A DNA stretch of 64,000 bases from Haliotis rubra (Eukaryota): contig NW_025767734.1 of NCBI RefSeq assembly GCF_003918875.1, forward strand, positions 186,001-250,000, in the 5' to 3' direction. The position numbers and the translations under genes were made by a program. The notes under the pieces were generated by a model. That model did no database searches. It had not been told where the DNA came from and saw nothing but the letters and a program-made list of their open reading frames with translations. This document shows positions 35,401-46,089 of this stretch, piece after piece. Every line of letters starts with the position of its first letter. Within the stretch, counting starts at the first letter, position 1.

Positions 35401-38400
35401 GAAATATTCATTGACATGTGCGTAATTGTCCGGTTTTCGATCATGTCACCGTATTTCTGTGATGAACCTTTATGTATTATATAGTAGGGGGTGTTGATAC
35501 TAAACCGGGGCCTAGTTTATCGATTTTCTGACCCGCAGTGGGGGCCTGTGGTATGATCCTTTGACTCATTAAAAACGACAAAATGATTGGAATCCACGTT
35601 GATTTTATGATGATAATTGCTCATTTTAAAAAACAAACACTGATTTTCATGCAAAACCATGTCTGTACTAGTATGGCCCTGGAATATTTCATGTTGAATT
35701 TATTGGTGAATGTGAACATTCAAAATGTTATTTTTCGTGTCTTACACGATTCAAGGTCATTACCAGGTGTAACCTCCACGTGACTGTATAACAGCCAGCA
35801 CGCTCCTCATCATACCCCCTGTCAGCCTCCTGATCCTCTGAAGGGGCAGTCCACGCCATTCCTCGTGTAAAGCAGCTTCCAATTGGGCCAGGTTCTGTAC
35901 AGGAGGATCCCTTTGCACACGACGACCAAGCATGTCCCAGATATGCTCCAAAGGGTTAAGATCGGGGCTCATGCAACCGTGAGATATGTCAGGGGGTGCA
36001 TAACTAAGTTCTTCGTGTTTATGTAAACCAGTATAATTACGGTCCTGCTCGATATATACACAAAGACAATTTAATGAATTGTGTGGTCAGGATCAGTGAC
36101 TTGTTTCACAGCGTGTCATATATTCCGAAGGCCTGGGTTGACGCTCGTGGTGTCAATCATTGGATTGTCTAGCCCAGACAATTATCTACTGGTCGCCCTC
36201 ATTTACCGGAAATAGTGCAGCTGCGGCTTTAAACTACCAACAAACACTATGTATGATAAAGATAACTGTCTCAACTCCTCATCAACTGAGGTTACATGGT
36301 ACAGTATGATTATTTAAAGTTATAGAAGACCTTTTTGTATCAGGAATGCACCTCCGGTTTAAGGGAATGGCACGTGTCCACTGGACAGAGGAACGGTCAT
36401 CTGGCTCCAGGACGATACGTACTGACCACTTTTCGGCAGAGGAAGAATACTTCTACATCAGTTTCCTGTTGGCGGGAAGATGTACGTATTAGCAGCTAAC
36501 CTTTCCAGTTCAGAACAACAGGTACATGTATTCATCCAGTAAAGATAATGTTGCTATGGGTTAAGTTCGAATTCCTGTTGGGATATCACCTTTCCAGTTC
36601 TGAGCAATAGGTAGATGTATTTATCCAATAAAGATAATGTTCCTATGGGTTAAGTTCCTATTGGAGGAATATAACCTTTGGCAGTTCAGAACAACAGGTA
36701 CATGTATTCATCCAGTAAAGATAATGTTGCTATGGGTTAAGTTCGAATTCCTGTTGGGATATCACCTTTCCAGTTCTGAGCAATAGGTAGATGTATTTAT
36801 CCAATAAAGATAATGTTCCTATGGGTTAAGTTCCTATTGGAGGAATATAACCTTTGGCAGTTCAGAACAACAGGTACATGTATTCATCCAGTAAAGATAA
36901 TGTTGCTATGGGTTAAGTTCCTGTTTGGGCGTGGGGATGGGGATATCGCCTTTCCAACTCGATATCTTTATATTGTTGTCTTCATAGCACTTGTGGATTG
37001 GGGGGAGGTGTTGCTATAGCGTCCGCTCGTCACCAGGGCCTGGGTTCAGGGGTCCTCTGCACTGATATTGTTGGGGTAATCCAAAGCAATGCAGAATCAC
37101 ATCATATAATAGCCACCAGTAGACAGCAACATGATATTGGCTTAAAAATACGGTTTAAGGGTAATTTTAGAGTAAGTAACCTTTAGTGCCGCATTAAGCA
37201 TTTTGAAGACGACATCTAAATAATCGTGTCTATTCCATGCATGAAGAACGATTACACATCGCACCACCCAGGCCTTTGTTGAGTCTTGTCAGTGAGTAGG
37301 TTTGAACAGTATTCGGGTTATTTCACGGCGGGTCAGCTTGGTGGAACGTCCACAGTTAGGCAGGTCTTTACCACGTGCACTTTCATGAAGCCCGAGCACG
37401 AAGCCTGGTATGTTGCAGACAAACCAAATACAGTCGAATCGGGATTTGAACCCACTATCCCAGTTGTGGTGTTTTAGACCCCTTGGTCATCACTGCTCCA
37501 GGACCTTATATTAAGACAAGCATTGGACACTTGTAAATCTTTTGCCTTATAGCCTTTTCAAGGAAAGATCAACTGTATCCATAGGAATAGGTTGCCAGTA
37601 ATCGTTACTCATGTGACAAGCGTCTTTAGGGTAGCAACATCATGGTCGATTTGGTCCGTATCTCAGCCACGCTGTATATAAAGGATTCCAACTGACTGTT
37701 TTGTGGAAACCAGTGAAAACCAGTGAAAAACCCGAAAAGTGTATTGAAGGTGAAGATTAAATTCAGTTATTGAACCCAGATCACGTTTCATAGCCATTCA
37801 AACAAGACCACAGCATGATTCAGTGTACTTACTGATTTCTTTCATTACCGGAAGGAGATGGGAGGAACGTACGGGAATTGGTTTATGGATAATTGCTTCA
37901 ACATGTTAACTGTCTGTGGACCAAATACAGACTTTAGATGAGATGAGCTATGGGTTCATTTAGGTTTTTGTAAAAAAAAATTAAAAAATGACGGTTTGTG
38001 TAACAATGTTCACATAATCTTCACAGCTGCATGTGGTATGTTTTGGTTTCTTTCCAATTTAGGGAAAGATGAGCCAGGGCACGACATCAATCTACCTGCT
38101 GGACGACACACTTACCCGTTTTCATACAAACTTCCATCTAGACTCCCGTCTTCATTTGCAGGAGCATATGGATTTGTAGGATATGATGCTAAATGCACCA
38201 TTGATAAACCATGGAAATTTAACCACGAAGCCGAGACGTCATTTATAGTCCGTAATCGCCTGGATCTAAATCGCGAACCCAGAGCTAAGGTAAGGAGAGC
38301 CTTGATACTGCAGAATGTCTCAGGTATTGGTATTGATCTGAATCTCCCCATGCCCACGATGCCAGTTACATCCCCTGACAGTACTGACCGCCTCCGTGGT

Positions 38401-41400
38401 GTAGTGGTTAGAGCGTCCGCCCGGAGAGAGGAAGGTCGCGGGTTCGATCCCCGACCGCGTCATACCAAAAGACGTTAAAATATGGTACTTGTTGGTCCCT
38501 GTCTGGCGTTCGGCATTAATGGGTACAACAAGGACTGGTCGGCTCGGAGTCAGTATACTATGTCTGAGTGGGGTATTCATGCTTCACTGCGGCATGGTAT
38601 CTCAGTGGGCTAGCACTATAAAACCAGCTTCAGTCTGGGCTAGTACAAGCAGCCGCACATACACATACACACGCATGCACGTCGTCATATGAGCGAAATA
38701 TTCTCCAGCACGACGTAAAACCCAATTTCACCTCACCTCACCTGACACTACTAGTTTGTATCATGTGTTTCTTGTTTAACGCCGCACTCAGCAATATTCC
38801 TGCTGTATGACAGCAGTCTGTAAATAATCAAGTCTGGGTCAGACAATAAAGTGATCAACATCATGGGCATCGATCTACGCAGTTTGGATACGATGACATG
38901 TGTCGGCCAAGTCAGCGAGCCTGACCACCGGATCCCGTTAGCCGCCTCTTACTACAAGCATGGGTTGCTGAAGATCAATTCTAACCCGGATCTTCACGGG
39001 TCCCTGACAGCATTAACCTCTGCCATCTAAGGCGACTCGCTGCATGTCCATCGCGACATGAGTGACATAATCCTGACCGCAATGTTCAACCCCAGCTCAC
39101 CCCCGAAATGTTCAACCCCAGCTCACCCATCTCCACCACATCCAAATACACCTCCGTTCATCCATGCTCTTGTTTTGGGTCCTCTACGGTCTCAATGAAT
39201 GTCTCCACTGTGCGTCCGTTGGGCACGCAAGAATCCTGGTACGCATCGATTATGATTACGTTTGCTAGCCCATAAGTGCTGATGGGCGTCATCATGGTGC
39301 TGACCGTCTCGGACCTGCATCACGTCGGGCTTCGCTACCATTGGATTACACGGTGGTATATAACTGGAATACCTCTCAAGGCGTGTTGCAGTTACTCACT
39401 CTCATCTACTTCGATTGTAATGATATACATCCTGAAGTGTAATCGTCACCTATTCCTCTTTTCCAAATGTGTGTTTGAACTAGACGGGCTTGTGGACATG
39501 TTACTCTTTCAGGAGCAGTATATGATTTCTCAAAGCATATCTTATACATGCACAAAGTAGCTTACGCACAAGATCTGAATGGTGCAGTTGCCACACGAAC
39601 CCCGTCCGTAACCCAGGTAAGAACTGTGACCATTGATTAAAAGCAACTAGTAACTTCCTAACTTTTCATACATCAGTATACATTTGGATCCGTTCGCGTT
39701 GATTCTTCACATGACCTTGGTTCATATTTTGCGGCATGCATTTATTTCATTGTTATATTACTGAACAAAACATTACATGAAAATATGCCGAAGAGAGACA
39801 TACTGCTGATATATGATGTAAACTCCCCGCCTCAAAGGTTAACCATAACCATTATACAATTAAGAAAGGAAATTACCTGAGACTGGTGGAATAATTACAA
39901 TGTGAATTCTCTAAAAACTCGAAAGATTTGCTTGAAGATTTGCAATCTCAGAAAAGAAACGTTTTGGTCTATGGAAACATTTGAATATTCAACTTTACAC
40001 ACAACAATCCAACACGACAAACTTAAAGCATAGTTATATTCCGTGATTAATGGCGCATTAGTCACTGCACGTGATAACCATACATAGAGAGACACATCTG
40101 TCTTCAGAGGTTCAGTACAATGTGTCAAAAATGAACGCTGGATTTAACGATGAAAGCAATGTAAAATGTTGGTCTTCCCTATATCATTTTTGATATAAGA
40201 TATAGTTTGGATAAGATATTTAGGCCTTATTGGGGATCTGTTTCTGCCCCGATTGACCAGGGCAATGTTGGTCAAGAGGTTTAACTGCACCTTCAGGGTT
40301 GCCAATGGTCTGCTGCTGTTGTATAATGACTGGGAAATTGCTAATACCCTTTGACTTTGTTGATGCACGAACTAGAGTTAGAACATCAGGTGAAACCACC
40401 TCGTTTGGTCTATGTCAATGAAGGGGCGGTGGGGTAGCCTACTGGTTAAAGCGTTCGCTCGTCACGCCGAAGACCCGGGTTCGATTCCCCACATGGGTAC
40501 AATGTGTGAAGCCCATTCCTGGCGTCCCCCGCCGTGATATTGCTGGAATATTGCTAAAAGCGGCATAAAACCATACGCACTCACTATTTCAATGAACAAG
40601 GATTCGTAATATAATAAAGATAAGTGATTCATGATCTATAGGGAATCGTACAATAGAGTCTGGTTTTATTTATATATCATAAATTGTTTGGGGCATTGTA
40701 CCTATAGAAAGTACAAATTTTAGAAATACATTGTATTGTGTTTTCATTGTTTGAAGGATTATGCATTTCGCCATTTGTCACCAGAAAGCAATGGTATACC
40801 CAGCTTCATTTATCAAAGAAGGTTTGAACTGACACTCGACCGTGTAAAGACGCCAATATTGACATGGTGTTGATAATCCAAAAGCAGTTCATTACAGTTC
40901 TGGTATAAACTTTAGTATTTGTTGTATGGAGATGGGTTTGGGCTTGTTTTCTTGTATGCAGAGGTGCGCCCCTTATTATGCTAAGTATAATCGGTCATGC
41001 TGTGTTTTCGATTTGTCTGTACCAACATCGTCATGTGGCTTTCACAAAGTGTTGACTGTCGAAACACTGCATCACTTCTTGAATATATGACACGTTTTAT
41101 GGATATCAACTTCTTTATATATTTTACAGGACGTTTCAGAGCTAATTCTTGCTCCCCTTCATCACTTGAATACTGAGTCAGTGCGCAGAGTTTACACATG
41201 TTTGTCCAACTTGTAAATGCCTTTCAAGAACGGCATCACTTCGTTCTTTTCTCCACACCAAGCTTACTTGTAATGATATATCTGAAATACTGTTCAAAGA
41301 GATGTTCAACCAAACTTACTCGCTTACCTACCACCCACCCACATACTCACCCACTAGCCCGTTCACTTACTCAGCTACTCAGCCACTCACTCACTCTCTC

Positions 41401-42873
41401 ACTCACTAGCCCCCTCACTCACTCACGGATTGCTTCAGAAACCTAACCGAAGAAGCAAGTCAAAGACATTATGCTGCCTGTGCTGCACATCAGGACCAAT
41501 CTCGGCCACGTTTTCCATCGACAGACAAGGATATGTTATCGGGGAGGAAATAATCATCAATGCAGAAATAGAAAATCTGTCCAACAAGAGAGTCAAGAAA
41601 TCCAAAGTGGTCCTGATGCAGGTATTATGAACGCATGTATATTACAGAGAGGGAACCGTACACTCAACGAGAGAGAGATAGAGAGCTGTTTTATGACTGT
41701 GGGTTTATTTATTCAATTGTCGCAGTCGTTCATTAACGATGTCTAACAACACCCACAAACATTAACGGTGAAACAGATTGGCAACACATAAAGGCAGTTG
41801 GCCTACATAGACTTGTAGAATACACATGGTAAACACAACCATGATACTTGTAGAATACACATGGTAAACACAACCATGATACTTGTAGAATACACATGGT
41901 AAACACAACCATGATACTTGTAGAATACACATGGTAAACACAACCATGATACTTGTAGAATACACATGGTAAACACAACCATGATCAATACAATCGTTTC
42001 TGAATTGTTACTTCAAAGTTTTCCATCACAGTATTTGGTCGTTCGGAACAATATTCGAGCGGAAGTGTAAACTGAAGTGAATAGTAAGTTAACCACTGCA
42101 AGTGTTCAAAGGTGTGTTGTTTAAAATTGAAAGCACTATATTAAGGCTCCAGTGTCCGCTTGTCCTGTTTCAGGAGGTGTTATATCATGCTACCACCAAG
42201 ACAAAACCTAAAACACATGATTATGCCAAGCTGAAGCATGGCGAGATCAAACAGGGCGACACTGACTACTGGAATGCCGAGCGGCTGGTGGTTCCACCTT
42301 TGACGCCGTCGTTCCTCAGGGGATGCAAAATCATCGATGTCAGATACTTCTTGATGGTAAGTTTTAACTGAAGCAGGTCTTCTATATCTACCACATGTTT
42401 TCTTCAGACCCGAGAGCAAGAGAAAGGTGTTGGCATACTTACAATATCAGGAGGGATTCGAACCCACCGCCCAAAACTCTGCTGTGCATTCGATGTGCCG
42501 TTACCCTACGGACTATATCGGTAAATCGTAATTTGTTTCCGTTCGTTTTCATGTATTTTCCAGAATTTCTACACCCGTTTGATAAACTTATAGAATGTGA
42601 ACACGCTTTGTTATGTTCCAGCTTGATGTAACTCCAGCGGGACCTAGCTCCGATCTCGTCCTCTATCTCAACGTAATAATTGGCAACATTCCACGACAAG
42701 GCGTTGTCGCCCAACCTTCCGCAGTGGACCAACCGGCAGCTCACCAACCATCGGGTAAAGGAGCTAGCAAAGGCTCTAAGAAAAGATCTCGACCCCGAAG
42801 AGGGTCTGCATACATCACAGAGGAGTCACAACCCCTTGCTGAAGAACTATCATTAAAAAATACAGAACTGTGA
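26489..42873 (+). CDS. Alpha-arrestin / arrestin domain-containing protein, paralog 2; 6 coding exons, ~366 aa
   Basis: join(26489..26606,36344..36481,38063..38289,41439..41621,42174..42356,42622..42873) = 1101 nt, in frame, with the same intron phases as paralog 1. Motifs: VYYPGEPVEGQV, VHWTE, LPAGRHTYPFSYKLPSRLPSSFAG, KTLCCLCCTSGPI, VPPLTPS, VIIGNIP. Confidence 0.93.
26937..27102 (-). mobile_element. tRNA-derived SINE family B
   Basis: A/B-box head on the minus strand (GGTTCGAATCCC); 12-bp TSD TGAAGTAATGGA. Confidence 0.9.
27355..29117. repeat. 92-bp satellite array, left part (~17 units plus divergent starter units)
   Basis: Unit CAGACACATTTCGTTATAACACGGGTAGGGTATAACACAATGCGGATATTATATCTCCAATAACCCCAACAAATGTGATGACTAAGTTACAA; period 92 (27641 to 27733). 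Confidence 0.96.
29605..31130 (-). mobile_element. Tc1/mariner DNA transposon, full-length but frameshifted, nested in the LINE
   Basis: TIR AACTCTGTCAAAAAAGAAACGCAACCCCTG with TA TSD. Minus-strand transposase pieces: MPRLSAADRNIAIG, RPRSGRPR, WFSDESRF, FQRDNARPH, PDLNPIEHLW. Confidence 0.95.
32780..33135 (+). mobile_element. Penelope-like element fragment inside a ~1.1-kb insertion (~32094-33227) that splits the LINE
   Basis: FTIKTNMNCRSKNVIYVL resembles the start of a PLE GIY-YIG region. The LINE frame RLVRMSS resumes at NRYPRACY near 33229. Confidence 0.55.
34160..34855. repeat. 92-bp satellite array, right part (~7 units)
   Basis: Same unit as 27355-29117, resuming in register after the hAT TSD. 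Confidence 0.95.
35580..35975 (-). mobile_element. Tc1/mariner transposase C-terminal fragment
   Basis: SPDLNPLEHIWDMLGRRV..EEW..GGYT. Confidence 0.85.
36498..36960. repeat. Dimeric higher-order tandem repeat (~90/86-bp alternating units, ABABA)
   Basis: ACCTTT..CAGTTC..AAAGATAATGTT.CTATGGGTTAAGTTC, five units alternating between two variants. Confidence 0.88.
38386..38740 (+). mobile_element. tRNA-derived SINE family C
   Basis: A box TGGTGTAGTGG, B box GGTTCGATCCC, (CACCT)n tail, TSD CCTGACASTACT. Confidence 0.9.
38762..39001 (-). mobile_element. SINE-like retroelement family A, full length
   Basis: Reverse complement begins ACCCGTGAAGATCCGGGTTAGAA. Confidence 0.88.
40423..40584 (+). mobile_element. 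tRNA-derived SINE family B
   Basis: Same family as 26937-27102; TSD TATKTCAATGAA. Confidence 0.9.
41080..41315 (-). mobile_element. Penelope-like element 3' remnant with a degenerate hammerhead ribozyme core
   Basis: Minus strand reads GTGATGAAG-GGGAGC-loop-GCTCT-GAAACGTC. Confidence 0.5.
41811..41985. repeat. 35-bp minisatellite, 5 perfect copies
   Basis: ACTTGTAGAATACACATGGTAAACACAACCATGAT five times. Confidence 0.96.
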
Positions 42874-43357
42874 TGGCATTGCCTGTTTCTGATTTGATGG
42901 CTGATCTCAGCTAATTTTGTTTAAAAGCTGCGAGTGAGCACATCCACAGCGTGTGAGTGGAGCACCTAATCTAATGGCGACATGGAGCCTGTGTATGGCA
43001 GACACTATGGCCATTCGAGATGCGTCATCAAGATCAACTCCACATCACTCGGGGGCTTTGACTGCCAGTATAACGGTCTGCACACAACAGATCTAAATCT
43101 GCATGTTGACTTTTTGTGAGCAGAATCGACACTACCTATGGCAGCCAGGAATCGACAGACTAGCGACGTGAAAGACACCAAATTGCCATATGTGATCACG
43201 CGATCACAGCTAGTTAAAGTGAGCGTCCCTATAGACGCTATTGGAAACATACTCATCTGTCCTTGAAGTGGTAGATATTTAGGCGAATATAACTTCTGAT
43301 GTGTTCACGCTCAAGTCACTCATACCGAGGGCCTATTGTCGCTTTGAATAACTCGGG

Positions 43358-43605
43358 ACCCGTGAAGGTCCAGGTTAGAATATTGATCTTCAGCAACCCA
43401 TGCTTGTCGTAAGAGGCGACTAACGGGATCGGGTGGTCAGGCTCGCTGACTTGGTTGACACATGTCATCGGTTCCCAATTGCGCAGATCGATATTCATGC
43501 TGTTGATCACTGGATTGTCTGGCCCAGACTCGATTATTTACAGACCTCCGCCATATAGCTGGAAAATTGTTGAGTGCGGCGAAAAACTAAACTCACTCAC
43601 TCACA
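43358..43605 (+). mobile_element. SINE-like retroelement family A, full length
   Basis: 14-bp TSD TTGAATAACTCGGG; (ACTC)n tail. Confidence 0.92.
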
Positions 43606-44739
43606 TTGAATAACTCGGGTTACATCCAAGAATCATCGTTCACCAAACGTTTTATCTGCCATCTTTTACTACTACGTTTGTTTTAGAACACAGATCTATA
43701 CTAATGTACAGAAACACGGTTTAAATATGTCAAATGCAACGTGTTTCAACGTTACCAAACCCTCTATTATATTCTATTTTACCGTCAAACATTACACTAA
43801 ATTTGATGGAATTGTTTATCCGCTGCCTTAAGATTTGGCGAATCATGTACGTTCCTTCCTAAAACGGATGTTTTTACTTTCATGAGAAGAAACGTGTTGT
43901 GTCACAGCGTGTATATGTTGTGTCTGGCTCTGTATGTCGTATACGTTTCAACCTGTATACAGCGTAATTGCGTGTCAGGATGGACCGAAAGAAAGCTTTA
44001 AACAACAGAATATTAGTGGTCCAGTACGCAGCTAATCATTAACCATAATGTACTGACTTCATGTGCGTGCGTGTGTGAATACACAAATCATAAAACTGTG
44101 ACTGTAATAATCTATCATCACATGTGGTGGTGTTCACAAAATGTCTTTGATTTCGACAGTAATATATTGATACTGATTCATCGAGATTTACAGTGCTATC
44201 CAGTCCATGTTTAAATCATTGAAATATCGCATTCATGATACTTTAGGTTTCTAAAAGGTTTGAAGGAACCACAACTCTTCGTTTTGTAACTTTTAAGAGC
44301 ACACATCAATATGTCAACCTGCTTGTCTAGCTTCCATGTAAAAACGTGATCTATTTTTTCTAATTATTGAGTTTGAAAACCATTTGAGTTGAAAATGTAT
44401 CATATTATTTCTCTTTGAATGGAAGATGTAAAGCTATATCTGCAGCTGTCTTTCTCGGCATTGGGAGTTGATGAACATGGCTACGCAGAAGGAAGATGAA
44501 AGACTGCATATTGGTAGATCCGATTTTTCCTGGTTAGTCCATACTAATTAAATGTTAATTAAATGTCATGACCCTCGTATTGAGATTTATTAATGGAATT
44601 CAGATTATGAAGTGCATTCGTCTGTCTAAAATCAACTTAAATCAAAACCGTAAATATTTACGTCTCAGTGACTAAATGTAGAAATAAAGAACATTCTTAT
44701 CAGAAATATGAAATATTAATACCTAACACAACACATTTA

Positions 44740-45060
44740 TATGCTGAACCGAAAAAAACCCACGTCGCACCGATAGAGTTTCTTAAAGCACTCACTTTAA
44801 TTCACTCTAATTAACAATCAAAACAGAGGATTAAATTCAAACTTGACAATTATGGTTAACACATTTTCGAGAATCACATTTAGAGTTCACACAAACAAAA
44901 TCCCAAAAAATGGTACCATTAAGATACCCAAATGGGCCTCCAAGGGCATCTATGAAAGCGTTGCATCGTTTGTACATGGAATGAATTAGCCGGTTGATGA
45001 AGGCCATAGGCACTTGGGTCCATACTCTACGAAACGATTTCAGGTGACTCGCTTTCATTA
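44740..45060 (-). mobile_element. Tc1/mariner 3' remnant
   Basis: RVWTQVPMAFINRLIHSMYKRCNAFIDALGG resembles a Tc1 transposase C-terminus. Confidence 0.6.
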
Positions 45061-45318
45061 GTAGGGTAGTCACGAAATGCGCGTGAATTTTCATTTTCAC
45101 GATTGTCATACGGAACCTTTTACCACGTCTTCCTTTTCAGGTGCGTTTGGTCGATATGCTTTTATATCAGGAAACACACTGATGTTGGTAATAACTGTCA
45201 ATTTGGATTGAAAAACATGTTAACAAAACGGTACAATCATAATAAAAAAACACCACATACACAACAAGTATGAACAACATTTTGTATGTGGTATTGAAAG
45301 GCGACGTTTCCTTTGTGG

Positions 45319-45485
45319 NNNNNNNNNNNNNNNNNNNNNNNNNNNNNNNNNNNNNNNNNNNNNNNNNNNNNNNNNNNNNNNNNNNNNNNNNNNNNNNNNN
45401 NNNNNNNNNNNNNNNNNNNNNNNNNNNNNNNNNNNNNNNNNNNNNNNNNNNNNNNNNNNNNNNNNNNNNNNNNNNNNNNNNNNNN
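45319..45485. other. Assembly gap (N run)
   Basis: Run of N bases. Confidence 0.99.
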
Positions 45486-46089
45486 GACTCACGGTACAGA
45501 GTCACATATATGATGGTCAGGTGTTTGAGAAAAACTGTCATCTGGAATCAAATCAGTACATTTTGGGTAACAACGTAGAATGGAGCATGCTGTCTTGTTG
45601 TATTAAAGTGCGTGTTAACATCTATGTTTTTAAATTGTATTGGTATATAACTTCCATTCATTCATTGATGCAAAAGGTTTACAAATGACATTCTGTGCTG
45701 GGTACAACTGACAAGCATGCGCCAGATGACACGTGGGACTCCTATTCAGACGCACGTCTATCTGACACCCTTGTAGAACAGGAAGCACGCACTTGGTAAT
45801 TCCTACTTATCCATTAGAAGCAGAGGCACCTGTGCACCAGTTGCGTCCCTTGTCCTGATCCACTGGCAGTTGGTTTGAATACGAGCGTCCCCCTGTTTGT
45901 TATTTTTTATATCTTGGGTGACATTAGACCTACTAGCCCAATAACAGAGTGATGAGCAAACTATCTATAGTGACAACCAATTGATCACAGGTTAATACGA
46001 CTTCCACTCCTTTGCAGTTGTAATCGTTACGACTTTGATATATTTAGCAAAACCTTATCAGGCCAGGCTGAGGATCAGTACCCAAGAGG

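Noticed and set aside
38386-38460. tRNA genes here and at 40423 and 27030-27102
   Set aside because: The tRNA-like heads continue into SINE bodies with simple-repeat tails and TSDs.
45167-45578. ORFs containing X runs
   Set aside because: Artefacts of the N gap.
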